Part shown: positions 52,589 to 62,668 of the stretch, piece after piece
Numbering within the stretch: the stretch's first letter is position 1
Layout of the letters: the number at the start of each line of letters is the position of its first letter
IMG/VR virus record: IMGVR_UViG_3300031413_000001
Strand: one strand, 5' to 3'
DNA length: 64,000 nucleotides
Source of the DNA: a virus
Taxonomy: Duplodnaviria; Heunggongvirae; Uroviricota; Caudoviricetes
The notes under the pieces: generated by a model
The model's database searches: none
What the model was told of the DNA's origin: nothing
Seen by the model: only the letters and a program-made list of their open reading frames with translations
Translations under genes and position numbers: made by a program

Positions 52589-54646
52589 ATGTCCGGCGCT
52601 CTCCGCCCGAACACACCAAACATCAAAATGATTAAATACACGGGTATCCTCCTGAAAGGTAGCTTCGTGTCTAAACATCTTTTCACCCCACATTCCAGTG
52701 AGATGGCAAAGCGGATGCAAGCCCATGATTGGGACAGCACTCCACTTGGCTCTTCGGATGGGTGGCCGGAGACTTTGAAGACTCTTGTCCGCATTATGCT
52801 TGCAAGTGGTCAGCCTATGTTTACAACATGGGGACCAGATCGAATCCTACTTTACAATGATCCATATATTCAGATGCTGGCTGATCGTCATCCAATGGCG
52901 CTGGGTCAGCGATTCAATGATGTGTGGGTTGAAGCGATGCCCGACTTGGAACCACTGTTCCATCAAGTCTACGAGGGCTTTCCAGTATTCATGGACGACC
53001 TAACTCTCTTTCTAGACCGGGAAGGCTTCCCCAAGGAAAGTCACTTTGCATTCAGCTATACGCCAATTCGTCCCATGGTTGGTGAAGAGATCCTGGGCTT
53101 GTTCTGTGCCTGCACAGAGACAACCAACAGTGTGATGGCGCGCAAAAAGGTGGACATGGAGCGTGAACGCTTGTTCCGCATGAGCAGCGACTTGTTCGCA
53201 GTTGGAACCTTTGATGGATACCTGCTGAGTGTAAATCCTGCATGGTCAGTATCGCTGGAACGCACTGACGAAGAACTCCTAGCTATTCCCTTTCTGGATA
53301 TCATCCACCCCGAGGATCTGGAAAAAGTTGAGATTGCTGTTGAGATAATGCGAAGTGGAGAGCCTCATCAGTTCCACACTCGTCTTCTAAAGAGCGATGG
53401 GACGTCACGCAATTTTGCATGGTCGTCAATTCCCGATACAGATTCCAGTAGCTCAATCTTCTACACCGTTGGCCGTGATATCACGGATGAGGTGCAGCGA
53501 GAAGAGATGTTCCGTCAGGCACAAAAGATGGAGGCCGTTGGTCAGTTGACCGGAGGTGTCGCTCATGATTTCAACAACCTCTTGACAGTTATCCAGGGAT
53601 CCGTTGATCTGTTGCGTCGCGCTGATCTACCGGAAGCCCGACGAGTCAAGTACATTGATGCCATTGCCAACACCAGCAAGAGGGCAGCCAAGCTGACAAG
53701 CCAGCTGTTGGCTTTTGCTCGTCGCCAGGCACTGAAGCCAGCGGTGTTTGAAGTTGGTCAGAATGTCCGCGCAGTCACGGATATGATCCAGAGTCTAATG
53801 GGTGGAAAGATCAATGTAACGACGCTGTTCAGCGATCTCCCCTGCTATGTGAATGCAGACCCCAGCCAGTTTGATACAGCGATTGTCAACATGGCAATCA
53901 ACGCACGTGATGCAATGGACCATGAGGGAGCATTGACGATCACCGTAAAGGAAGTCGACAGTCTGCCGGCTGTTCGAGAGAATGCCGCCATCGCTTCCAG
54001 CTACATCTCGGTTAGCCTTGAGGACAACGGATGCGGCATTCCTGCTGATCAGATCAACAAGATCTTTGAGCCGTTCTTCACAACCAAGGACACTGGCAAG
54101 GGCACTGGACTGGGCTTGAGTCAGGTCTTTGGTTTCTCACGCCAGAGCGGAGGCGAGATTCAAGTTGAGAGCGAAGTTGGAGTTGGTAGCAAGTTCACAC
54201 TATTCCTTCCATCGGTCGAGGAACCCGCGGAGTTCAAGACTGAGGGCGAAGTAATTGAGCTGGTAAAGGGACACGGTACGAGAGTTCTGCTAGTTGAAGA
54301 CAATGCCGATGTTGGAAACTTTGCGACTCAAGCACTCAATGAGCTTGGCTATGAAACCGTATGGTCCGCTACAGCAGACGAGGCCTTGGAAGAACTAGCC
54401 GAGTGCGATGATTGCTTTGACATCGTGTTCAGTGATGTTGTGATGCCTGGTATGAATGGCGTTGAGCTTGGCCATGAGATCCGTCGACTATACAAGAACT
54501 TGCCCGTGGTACTAACCAGCGGCTACAGTCATGTATTGGCCAAGAACGGTACTTACGGCTTTGAACTACTTCACAAGCCATACAGTATCGAACAGCTCAG
54601 TCAGATTTTGAGCAAGGCGCTTGCTTGGAAAAAGGCTAATTCCTAA
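52589..54646 (+). CDS. PAS-PAS hybrid sensor histidine kinase with receiver (true start probably ~52668-52703)
   Basis: WDSTPLG, HFAFSYTP, GVAHDFNN, GKGTGLGL, VFSDVVMPG. Confidence 0.95.
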   Translation: MSGALRPNTPNIKMIKYTGILLKGSFVSKHLFTPHSSEMAKRMQAHDWDSTPLGSSDGWPETLKTLVRIMLASGQPMFTTWGPDRILLYNDPYIQMLADRHPMALGQRFNDVWVEAMPDLEPLFHQVYEGFPVFMDDLTLFLDREGFPKESHFAFSYTPIRPMVGEEILGLFCACTETTNSVMARKKVDMERERLFRMSSDLFAVGTFDGYLLSVNPAWSVSLERTDEELLAIPFLDIIHPEDLEKVEIAVEIMRSGEPHQFHTRLLKSDGTSRNFAWSSIPDTDSSSSIFYTVGRDITDEVQREEMFRQAQKMEAVGQLTGGVAHDFNNLLTVIQGSVDLLRRADLPEARRVKYIDAIANTSKRAAKLTSQLLAFARRQALKPAVFEVGQNVRAVTDMIQSLMGGKINVTTLFSDLPCYVNADPSQFDTAIVNMAINARDAMDHEGALTITVKEVDSLPAVRENAAIASSYISVSLEDNGCGIPADQINKIFEPFFTTKDTGKGTGLGLSQVFGFSRQSGGEIQVESEVGVGSKFTLFLPSVEEPAEFKTEGEVIELVKGHGTRVLLVEDNADVGNFATQALNELGYETVWSATADEALEELAECDDCFDIVFSDVVMPGMNGVELGHEIRRLYKNLPVVLTSGYSHVLAKNGTYGFELLHKPYSIEQLSQILSKALAWKKANS

Positions 54647-54698
54647 TTGACGTGCTTTCAAGCTGGTGCTAGGGTACTGGCTTGGGAGACAACGATCG

Positions 54699-55316
54699 AT
54701 GTATGATGCTCTGATAAAAGCTGCCGCCGCTGGATGCGTTTGTGTATGCACCATGGTGGTGGCTGACAAAGTCTCCAAGCCACGTCCAGCAGTTCACAAC
54801 ACTGCCGCAGGGGCTCACACAGCCCACAAGCGCGTGACAAAGCGCCATCGCGTACACCACAAGATCCGACATCATGCCAAGCGCCGGAAGGCCGTGAGGA
54901 TGAAGAAAGTCTGCGATTGCACGCTCGATACGGGCGGCGGTGCAGGGCTAATGGATCTCACTCCCATCACCTACTTGGGCGATCTGCCCACTGCACCCGT
55001 ACATCTCTGGAGCGAACTTCCCATTCTCGGCGAAACTGACGAGGATGAGCAGACCGGCGGCGGTGGTGGAGGCGGCAGCCTGGGTAGCTTTCCCGGTGGT
55101 TTCGCTGGTGGAGGCGGTGGCTTCGGCGGTGGTGACTACATCATCCCAACCACTCCCGTGAAACCCAATCCTCCCATCGTTCCCGGAACCCCTGCTCCAG
55201 CGGTGCCCGAACCCTCAACGTGGGCAATGATGCTCTTTGGTTTTGGCATGGTTGGTTATACGATGCGGCGGCAAAGGGTGAGGATCAATACCAATGGACT
55301 ATCAGGAACGAGATAA
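54699..55316 (+). CDS. PEPxxWA-CTERM sorting-domain protein
   Basis: AVPEPSTWAMMLFGFGMVGYTMRR. Confidence 0.9.
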   Translation: MYDALIKAAAAGCVCVCTMVVADKVSKPRPAVHNTAAGAHTAHKRVTKRHRVHHKIRHHAKRRKAVRMKKVCDCTLDTGGGAGLMDLTPITYLGDLPTAPVHLWSELPILGETDEDEQTGGGGGGGSLGSFPGGFAGGGGGFGGGDYIIPTTPVKPNPPIVPGTPAPAVPEPSTWAMMLFGFGMVGYTMRRQRVRINTNGLSGTR

Positions 55317-55554
55317 ACTTTCCAAATCTTGGAGAGGACGCCGACTTCTGACCTGCAGGGCCATTGGTGATCTGCATTGCATGATTGAGAACTTGGGTGT
55401 CGAGGAAAACAGCGACCCCATTCCCGATGGCTTTGTCAGCACTATCACGCCGGAGCTCAAAGAGGAGCTCATGAACCAAGCAACCGTGTTGCTTCGAACC
55501 ATCCTCCTTCATAACGATGGGCGGGTCAGTCCCTCACGACTTCAGAGGTTCTGA
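55294..55554 (+). CDS. Hypothetical protein
   Basis: 86 aa ORF. Confidence 0.5.
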   Translation: MDYQERDKLSKSWRGRRLLTCRAIGDLHCMIENLGVEENSDPIPDGFVSTITPELKEELMNQATVLLRTILLHNDGRVSPSRLQRF

Positions 55555-56051
55555 TGGCACTCGATGACAAGGATATCGACTACCATATCCTGGAGTTGAT
55601 GAAACTCCATATTCCCATCGAGGAGAACACCGACGCTCGCCTCCGCGAGATGCTGAAGTTCACTGATTGGTTTGCGGACAAGGAAAAGGCTGTCCTGTAT
55701 ATCAACATGGCCAAACGGGAAATCGTCAACCGTCTGGAGAGAAACCGGGCTGCTGGTCCGTTTTATCGCGGCAACACCGTTGAGGTAATAGAAGACCTCG
55801 TCTGGTGGAATGGCGCAGCCTCTTTGCGTCCTCCAGTGGGTGTCCGAGGACGTGTGATCAATCGGTGCGTTCCCCACAATGAACGCTACATTGACTCCAA
55901 GTTTCACGACTCTGATTATGACTATCTGGTCCCCACACGCTTTCTTAGCACCGACGTGGGCTATGAGTGGAGCGAGGAAGACGGGAACCCTGATCGCCAG
56001 TACATCACGTACAATATGCCAGCCTACTCTATTAGAAAGGTTTCAACCTAA
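55554..56051 (+). CDS. Hypothetical protein
   Basis: TGATG coupling. Confidence 0.7.
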   Translation: MALDDKDIDYHILELMKLHIPIEENTDARLREMLKFTDWFADKEKAVLYINMAKREIVNRLERNRAAGPFYRGNTVEVIEDLVWWNGAASLRPPVGVRGRVINRCVPHNERYIDSKFHDSDYDYLVPTRFLSTDVGYEWSEEDGNPDRQYITYNMPAYSIRKVST

Positions 56052-56119
56052 GTGGTTGACTGACTGGCGCTGTTCTGTAAGTGCTGCGGTGCAAAATATT
56101 AAAGGGAGTTTAACACATC

Positions 56120-56380
56120 ATGGCTGCACCCTCCGTTCAGCATTACAAGAACCCACTCAAGTGGGGCTGGTACTTTGTAAAGCGACAGGGAGACACGATC
56201 TCGGGCCTGATGAGCCAGCGCGCTGCTCGAAAGATGCGTCGTGAGATGTCGCGCGGATATGGTGCCGGCTATGGCCTGTCGATCTCCTACCACCCGGATG
56301 CGCCGGAGTTCAAGGCGCTTCGTCGTATTGGTTTCCCCATCCAGCCGCTTTCGGATGGTGAAAAAGTCAGCCAGGCCTAA
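56120..56380 (+). CDS. Hypothetical protein
   Basis: gggag RBS. Confidence 0.6.
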   Translation: MAAPSVQHYKNPLKWGWYFVKRQGDTISGLMSQRAARKMRREMSRGYGAGYGLSISYHPDAPEFKALRRIGFPIQPLSDGEKVSQA

Positions 56381-56452
56381 AAACCTGGTTGACTGCTGGG
56401 TGTCTGGTGCTAGGACTGGTACATCGGAAACAAGCAATACGGAGATCGGAAG

Positions 56453-57160
56453 ATGGCAACGCAGATCGCAACCCCACAGTACAATGTCAAGGACGTCCTG
56501 GACAAGCTGCGCGGTGTCTCGTTTATCGGCCTCGACATCGAGACCATCGTTCCGCTGAAGGGCGGCAAGAAGAACCCCATGAAGGGTCGCGTGACCAAGC
56601 GGGTCACCGGTTCGACGGTCCTGGTCGCACAGAACAAGACGACCAACACGTATCAGAACATGGTTCGCAATCGGCTCGCCAATCAGTTCCTCAACGAGGC
56701 GCTGGCCAAGGCCGACACTGCAAAGGGCGCGCTGGTCAACATCCTGACCCCCGCAGAGCTCGACGCACTGGCCGACCAGATCGAGACGGCCCTGGCTGCT
56801 GGCGAGGACGAGCGCAAGGATCAGGCCGAGGCAGCGTTCACGGTCTCGGAGCGGAAGTGGGGCGAGCGTATCCCCAACAGCCCGTTCATCCAGCACACCA
56901 AGGCCGACAGCGTCCACCCCAGCTACTATCTGGACACGTACTTTCTGCGCGCTGGCAAGTCGGAATTCTTCCTCGACGGCAAGCCCATCGACGAAAAGGA
57001 CATCGAGGGCTACGAGCGTCCGGTGGCCAAGGAAGGCGATAACGTGCAGGGCGGCCTCAAGGCCAGCGAGCAGGTCATCGTGCGCTCCATCGGCCTCGAC
57101 AGCATCCTCGCAATCCGGACGGCCGGCACCAGCTACTCGGGCGCTTTCTACTACGCCTAA
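56453..57160 (+). CDS. Hypothetical phage protein, likely highly expressed
   Basis: Strong codon bias; ggag RBS. Confidence 0.8.
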   Translation: MATQIATPQYNVKDVLDKLRGVSFIGLDIETIVPLKGGKKNPMKGRVTKRVTGSTVLVAQNKTTNTYQNMVRNRLANQFLNEALAKADTAKGALVNILTPAELDALADQIETALAAGEDERKDQAEAAFTVSERKWGERIPNSPFIQHTKADSVHPSYYLDTYFLRAGKSEFFLDGKPIDEKDIEGYERPVAKEGDNVQGGLKASEQVIVRSIGLDSILAIRTAGTSYSGAFYYA

Positions 57161-57225
57161 ACGTTGACAACGTGGAAATACCCGTGCTACTTCGGTGGTG
57201 CGGGTATTTTACTCAGGAGCAGAGC

Positions 57226-57402
57226 ATGGACAACTACGGACTGGTTGGCAAGAGCGGAACCTTCAAGGCCATTCAGCGCGGTCACCCCGAAGTCAAGGGC
57301 AAAATCGTCAACGCTGATACGGCGATCCTGGGTCTGGTGCGTATCCAGATTGAGGACGGCAGCAAGATTGCAGTCTTCTACCCAGAAATCTCCATGGACT
57401 GA
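57226..57402 (+). CDS. Small hypothetical protein
   Basis: aggag RBS. Confidence 0.6.
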   Translation: MDNYGLVGKSGTFKAIQRGHPEVKGKIVNADTAILGLVRIQIEDGSKIAVFYPEISMD

Positions 57403-57499
57403 TACGTCCTGGTTGACAACAGGATTGCCCGTGCTACTCCGGTGGTACGGGTTTTCTTTTGGGAGATGCACTTTGGGCGTCAACATAGCCAAATACTGC

Positions 57500-57826
57500 A
57501 TGGACAAGAACGACAAGTTCATCATCATGAACAAGAACTGTGGCCTTCAGCACGACGACATCTCGCTTCTGCTGGAGTTTCCACCGATCGCCGCTGGCTT
57601 CGTCATTGAAATGGGTGGAGAGTTGATTGCCTATGGGCAGTCCATCACCCTCGATCTGGACGGTCGTCCAGAGGATTCCGCGATCATCCAGACGGCCTTA
57701 AAGGAGGGCAGAATACGCGGCATGTGGGACGACATCTGCGATCACTGGGCCGTGGGAACCATCGACCATCTTCCCATGCCGGATCAGGAGACGATGGAAA
57801 CACTCCAGGCCAAGCGGGTAATATGA
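57500..57826 (+). CDS. Hypothetical protein
   Basis: ATG within a longer ORF. Confidence 0.55.
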   Translation: MDKNDKFIIMNKNCGLQHDDISLLLEFPPIAAGFVIEMGGELIAYGQSITLDLDGRPEDSAIIQTALKEGRIRGMWDDICDHWAVGTIDHLPMPDQETMETLQAKRVI

Positions 57827-58107
57827 CCCCACAGGAGTCCATCTACAACAAGGTTCGCTTCAACGGCTTCCACGTGACCTACTTCAATCACGAGCGGAAT
57901 GCCATTGATCAGCAGAGCTTTCCGGATGCCAAGGACGTGGAAGCGCGGGGTTTCACTGATGGCTTCCCCGATGCCAGATCCTTTGCGGAAGACCTCTACA
58001 ATGTGTTTGGCGATGAAGTAGGGCTGGTAGTCGACAACAGTGGCACGATCCTCTATGACAAGAGGGCTGACATGCACCGCACCTACGATGAACTGAACAA
58101 CTGGTAA
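57823..58107 (+). CDS. Hypothetical protein
   Basis: ATGA coupling. Confidence 0.6.
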   Translation: MTPQESIYNKVRFNGFHVTYFNHERNAIDQQSFPDAKDVEARGFTDGFPDARSFAEDLYNVFGDEVGLVVDNSGTILYDKRADMHRTYDELNNW

Positions 58108-58388
58108 TGAGCAGTCCAGTCTATAACAAGCTGGTGTTCCGTGGCTATATGATCTACATCCTATACATGGGTGGGGTGACGAGGAAGTTTCCCTACAAGA
58201 CCTATGAAGAGATTCAGGACCTGACAAAGAGCAAGGACAACTTTCCCAGTCCCGCGGAAGCCTGCATGTTGATTGCCAACAGTGAGCGGTTTCTTGGGTT
58301 CATGTGTGCCCCGCATCACGTGGAAGATCTAGAGGGCAATACTCTGTGGGTCAACGAGGGCGTGGTAAATGTCGAAAACGCCTCGTAA
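58107..58388 (+). CDS. Hypothetical protein
   Basis: TAATG coupling; resembles the previous ORF. Confidence 0.6.
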   Translation: MSSPVYNKLVFRGYMIYILYMGGVTRKFPYKTYEEIQDLTKSKDNFPSPAEACMLIANSERFLGFMCAPHHVEDLEGNTLWVNEGVVNVENAS

Positions 58389-58716
58389 CCTTCGGGGAAT
58401 GTGTTGGCGTCTGGGCTTCAAAGGCTACCGAGTCTTTATGGCCACTCCGCCCAATTACCAGATCCATCCACCTGGCACCAAGTATATGCTACACTATCGT
58501 GATTACAATCTGGCGACTTGTGATTACTTTGCGAGAAACTACGGCTACTTTCCTGGCCCTGAGGATATTGGGGAATATGCCGTAAAGGACATGGAACGGC
58601 GTGAACGACACGCTGGTACCAAGTTCAAGCTGGCATTCGTCAACGATGGTGAGTATCAGAACCTCTGGAATGCGGAATGGTACCTAAAGGACCAGATTAA
58701 GCGCGGGCTTGACTAA
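58369..58716 (+). CDS. Hypothetical protein
   Basis: 115 aa ORF. Confidence 0.55.
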   Translation: MSKTPRNLRGMCWRLGFKGYRVFMATPPNYQIHPPGTKYMLHYRDYNLATCDYFARNYGYFPGPEDIGEYAVKDMERRERHAGTKFKLAFVNDGEYQNLWNAEWYLKDQIKRGLD

Positions 58717-58793
58717 ATAGGGCGCACCTTTGTGCGCCTTTTCTATCAATCTCAGGAGTCCTATGACACCAGACTAAATGCAGGAGATACGCC

Positions 58794-59135
58794 ATGAACA
58801 AGATCCTTCGCAACCGATTTGATCTATTTTCCGAGTGGGTTGGTGACAACCTAGGCAAACCAACAACGTTTGCAATGGCGCTAATTACCATCCTGTTCTG
58901 GGCTGGCTTTGGACCGTTCACGCATTACAGCGAAACATGGCAGTTGATTGTCAACACTGGCACTACGATTGCTACCTTTTTGATGGTGTTTCTCTTGCAG
59001 AACACGCAGAACCGCGACACCGCGGAGACGCATGAATGCCTGAAGGAACTGCGAAAGCAGACTGAAATCGTGATGAAGCTGACCCGTATGCACGGCGAAG
59101 CCCTCACCAAGATTCAGCTTTCTCTTGACAAATAG
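58794..59135 (+). CDS. Low-affinity iron permease family protein
   Basis: WQLIVNTGTTIATFLMVFLLQNTQNRD. Confidence 0.9.
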   Translation: MNKILRNRFDLFSEWVGDNLGKPTTFAMALITILFWAGFGPFTHYSETWQLIVNTGTTIATFLMVFLLQNTQNRDTAETHECLKELRKQTEIVMKLTRMHGEALTKIQLSLDK

Positions 59136-59268
59136 GAGCGTGGTGTGATGATGGTGGTGGGTACCCACCACCATCATCTTTGAGGTCAGATATTATTCTA
59201 AAAGGTTGACTCTGTTAATCCTATTCATTAAAAGGATTGGACATACTCCTCTTAGATAGGATAGGGCT

Positions 59269-60900
59269 TTGAAAACGGATCGGATGATGATTTACTGCTG
59301 GTCTGAACCAGCATATCCCGGCGAGTATAAAGTTGGTGAGCATTGGGTCAGTGACATGACCCTGGATGATGCAATACAGCATACTATCGCAGGTCGTATC
59401 AGAAGCTCTTTAGGCGTCAGGAAAGATCTCTTTGACAGGGATCGCATCAAGGTACACTTTGTGATCGACGCATCCGTGTATGCGCGTCAAAAGAACAAGT
59501 TTCATCCCAGATCAAAACTAGACGCAGAACTTCACCAATTGATTGAAGGACGCTACGGCCTAGGAGAAGTCTTCGACTGCGAGTATCAACAAATCGTTGA
59601 TGTGATCGAGAGGGAAATCGACAAGATCAATACCCATCAAGTCGAAGTTACTATAAAGAGTAAGAGCTTCAAAAAGCTCTTGAAGATGAAGGATCGCGCC
59701 AGTTGTATTTTGGACCAGGGTGATCCAAAGGATGTTTGGAAAGAGATCGTAGATCGTATCCCATTCACACGTAAGCGACCTTCATTCTTGATTGTCGCTT
59801 GTGGTTATGGTACCGAAGTATCACTTCTCATTGAACGCCTGCAAAAGCTGGGATGGTCTGATACTGCGATCAAGCGATCGATAACTATTAATGACCGATC
59901 GGATCAATTTACGAAAACATGGGAGGAGGCTGGATATACCACGGTTGTTGGCGACCTGTTGTATCTGGATTTTGGTATGAAATTTGACATCATTCTGGGA
60001 AATCCTCCTTATCAGGATTCTACCACTGGTAGTGGTAAGCTATATCCAAAATTCTTTGCCAAGTGCTTCGATGACTTGCTGATCGACGATGGGTACCTTG
60101 GATTCATAACGCCCATGGCGTGGATGTCTCACTTCAATGATGAGAATGAGCGCTCCAGGAACAAGGAATTGGATCGTATGAAACATGCAATGCGATCCAA
60201 CTTCTTGGTCTTTGTAGACTTCAAGGAAACTTTGAAGCATTTCGAAGGGGTTGGTTCGACCTTCTCCTCGTACATACTCCAGAAATCTACGGTCAAGGGA
60301 AAAACCTATATCCGCGACTCTGATGAATATCTAGATGTTCCCTACATGAAGTCCTTCCCCAAAGACTTTAGCGTACTGTCCTTTTCGATCTTCAATAAGA
60401 TGAAGAGTGATATAACACTCCCACTTATCGAAGGCGGAACCTATGCCCATATGGGCTTTCATTCAGGCCCGGCTGACAAGAAGGCTAAGAAGCCTATTAC
60501 CTATCAGACATCTGAATACTGCAACCCACTGTTCCACACCAATGGCATCATCCTGTATTCTGATATCAAACATCCACTGCAAGATTCTAAGAAAGTAATC
60601 GCATCGCTTTCTGGATACTTCTCCCCGCGTTTCGATGATGGCGAGCTAGGGCTTTCGCAGCATGGTGTTGCTATTCTAGTTGAGAATGAAGAGGCTGCGA
60701 AAAGTGTGATTTCAATTTTGAACTCCAAGCTGTATGGATTTCTCATGGAGCAAACGAAGCACAGCGGATTCACCAACCAGTATTCGCTAAGGAGTATGCC
60801 ATTTCTAACAACTGATCAGATTTGGTCGGATGCCGACATTTACCACGAGTTTGGTCTCACCTCTGCTGAAATCAATTATATTGAGGAGTCCTCAAAGTGA
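59269..60900 (+). CDS. Eco57I/TaqI-type adenine DNA methyltransferase (NPPY + target-recognition domain)
   Basis: KFDIILGNPPYQD; GYLGFITP; degenerate motif I ACGYGT. Confidence 0.85.
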   Translation: MKTDRMMIYCWSEPAYPGEYKVGEHWVSDMTLDDAIQHTIAGRIRSSLGVRKDLFDRDRIKVHFVIDASVYARQKNKFHPRSKLDAELHQLIEGRYGLGEVFDCEYQQIVDVIEREIDKINTHQVEVTIKSKSFKKLLKMKDRASCILDQGDPKDVWKEIVDRIPFTRKRPSFLIVACGYGTEVSLLIERLQKLGWSDTAIKRSITINDRSDQFTKTWEEAGYTTVVGDLLYLDFGMKFDIILGNPPYQDSTTGSGKLYPKFFAKCFDDLLIDDGYLGFITPMAWMSHFNDENERSRNKELDRMKHAMRSNFLVFVDFKETLKHFEGVGSTFSSYILQKSTVKGKTYIRDSDEYLDVPYMKSFPKDFSVLSFSIFNKMKSDITLPLIEGGTYAHMGFHSGPADKKAKKPITYQTSEYCNPLFHTNGIILYSDIKHPLQDSKKVIASLSGYFSPRFDDGELGLSQHGVAILVENEEAAKSVISILNSKLYGFLMEQTKHSGFTNQYSLRSMPFLTTDQIWSDADIYHEFGLTSAEINYIEESSK

Positions 60901-61358
60901 TTGAACGGTCCCAAGAACGCATCGACCAAACCGGTGAGATCTTCACGCCGGCGGAGTTGGTAGAGATCATTCTAGATCAATTCCCTCCTGAAATCTGGGC
61001 TGATGCTAAAAAGACTTGGTTAGACCCCACGTGTGGTGATGGAAACTTCCTCGTTGCTGTTCAAAAAAGACTTATGAATGGCCTACAGGATGTGATTTCA
61101 GATTCAACGACACGCCATCAGCATATTCTGGAAAATCAGCTTTTTGGAGTTGACTTAATGTCTGATAACGTCGAGCTCTGTGTTGATAGGCTTAACGCTG
61201 CTGGATTATTTCACAACATCGTCTGCGCTGATGGGCTGGAATACGACTATGGATTCGGCAGATCCGAATTGGATGAATCTGGCATGTTCGAACAGCCGTC
61301 TCAAACTCTATATAAACATGCAGGTAAGAATGCGTGGTACACGACTGAATCTGGTTGA
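60897..61358 (+). CDS. N6-methyltransferase SAM-binding half
   Basis: TGEIFTP, LDPTCGDGNFL, LFGVDL; no NPPY. Confidence 0.85.
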   Translation: MIERSQERIDQTGEIFTPAELVEIILDQFPPEIWADAKKTWLDPTCGDGNFLVAVQKRLMNGLQDVISDSTTRHQHILENQLFGVDLMSDNVELCVDRLNAAGLFHNIVCADGLEYDYGFGRSELDESGMFEQPSQTLYKHAGKNAWYTTESG

Positions 61359-61389
61359 CGGTTGCAGTAGATAGTTCTAAGTTGGTGGA

Positions 61390-61887
61390 ATGATGATAGT
61401 TCATTCCACACGCAATGCGGGCTTTCTCCCACAACCTAACACGATCGATGTGGTGGCCAGTGACATCCTGGCCCCTTTGGCGCTGACCACCACAGCCTTT
61501 ATGATCCCACTGATGCCCAACGGGGACATCGTGATGGCGCACAATCGGCGCCGTGGACTGGAGTTTCCCGGTGGTCACATCGAACCCGGCGAGAGCCCAA
61601 CGGCCGCCGCAGTTCGCGAGACATTCGAGGAAACCGGTTATCGAGTTTCCAACATCCGAGCAATTGGTTATCAGATGATGACCAGCCTGGGCATTGCGCC
61701 TCCGGGCTACAAATATCCCCACCCTCTGAGCTTTCAGCAGTTCTTCGTTGGTCGCGTGATCGACTTCGATCCCTACGTGGAAAACGACGAGTGCCTGAAC
61801 CCTCAGATCATCTCGCCCTATGAGGCAATGAGGACGCTGAGCCTGGCTCGCATCGCATTGTTGACACAGGCAATCAAGCGTATATAA
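61390..61887 (+). CDS. Nudix hydrolase
   Basis: GGHIEPGESPTAAAVRETFEETG. Confidence 0.95.
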   Translation: MMIVHSTRNAGFLPQPNTIDVVASDILAPLALTTTAFMIPLMPNGDIVMAHNRRRGLEFPGGHIEPGESPTAAAVRETFEETGYRVSNIRAIGYQMMTSLGIAPPGYKYPHPLSFQQFFVGRVIDFDPYVENDECLNPQIISPYEAMRTLSLARIALLTQAIKRI

Positions 61888-61895
61888 GCGGCAAC

Positions 61896-62180
61896 ATGGC
61901 AAGCAACCTCCCCACCGGCTATCAGGCCGGATACATCGCAGTTGAAGTCGAAGGTGACGGCGATACCCACTATTGGGTGCTGGACCAGACGCAAATGGAT
62001 GAGGTTGAGCAGATAGGCAACAAGGTCGGCTCCGACTATTGCGAGGCCATGAACACGGTCGTCGACAAATACAACCTCTGGGTTAGTGGCGTTCGCTTTG
62101 CTACCATCAAGGCGGCCTTGGAACACATGCTGTCAGAGAAGATCATCTTGGTCGAGGACTTCAGCTACCTAACATATTGA
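61896..62180 (+). CDS. Hypothetical protein
   Basis: 94 aa ORF. Confidence 0.65.
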   Translation: MASNLPTGYQAGYIAVEVEGDGDTHYWVLDQTQMDEVEQIGNKVGSDYCEAMNTVVDKYNLWVSGVRFATIKAALEHMLSEKIILVEDFSYLTY

Positions 62181-62213
62181 TCGCCTGATCACTAGGTAGT
62201 AAATATGCAAGAT

Positions 62214-62306
62214 GGAAGGTTGACTCGCCAGGGGCGGGCGCTGCCTTGAAAACAGATGGAGCCGGCTAGTAACCGGTTTGGGGTTCGAGTCCTCAGCCTT
62301 CCGCCA
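62214..62306 (+). tRNA. tRNA-Ser(TGA)
   Basis: Long arm, G73, CCA. Confidence 0.85.
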
Positions 62307-62595
62307 CGTGAACCCACTGCACCACGGCATTGCCCTTTTCAGCAATGGAATACCACAAGTCCTCGTTGGTATAATCGGTGCACCAATCCTCAATCACAAC
62401 TGGATAGCCCGCTTCCAAGAGAAAGCGAGCGTTTTCTGACATGACTGCGGTCAAGTGTGGGGCGTCTACGACTGTTAGGAATGCCGCGGCCAGTGCAGCA
62501 CGATCCATCAAGATGGCATTGTGGAGACGGGCCAGGCTCTCGGCCTTCTGTGTTTTTGCAGAACTCTGGGGACCACTTAGAACATAAAGAATCAT
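62293..62595 (-). CDS. Small P-loop kinase-like protein
   Basis: LSGPQSSAKT; GYPVVIED. Confidence 0.5.
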   Translation of the reverse strand: MILYVLSGPQSSAKTQKAESLARLHNAILMDRAALAAAFLTVVDAPHLTAVMSENARFLLEAGYPVVIEDWCTDYTNEDLWYSIAEKGNAVVQWVHVAEG

Positions 62596-62668
62596 TCGAT
62601 CGCCCTCACCAGAGGTTGACAATAGGTATCAACACACTACTTATAGAGTAACAGAGTAGGAGTGTAGC

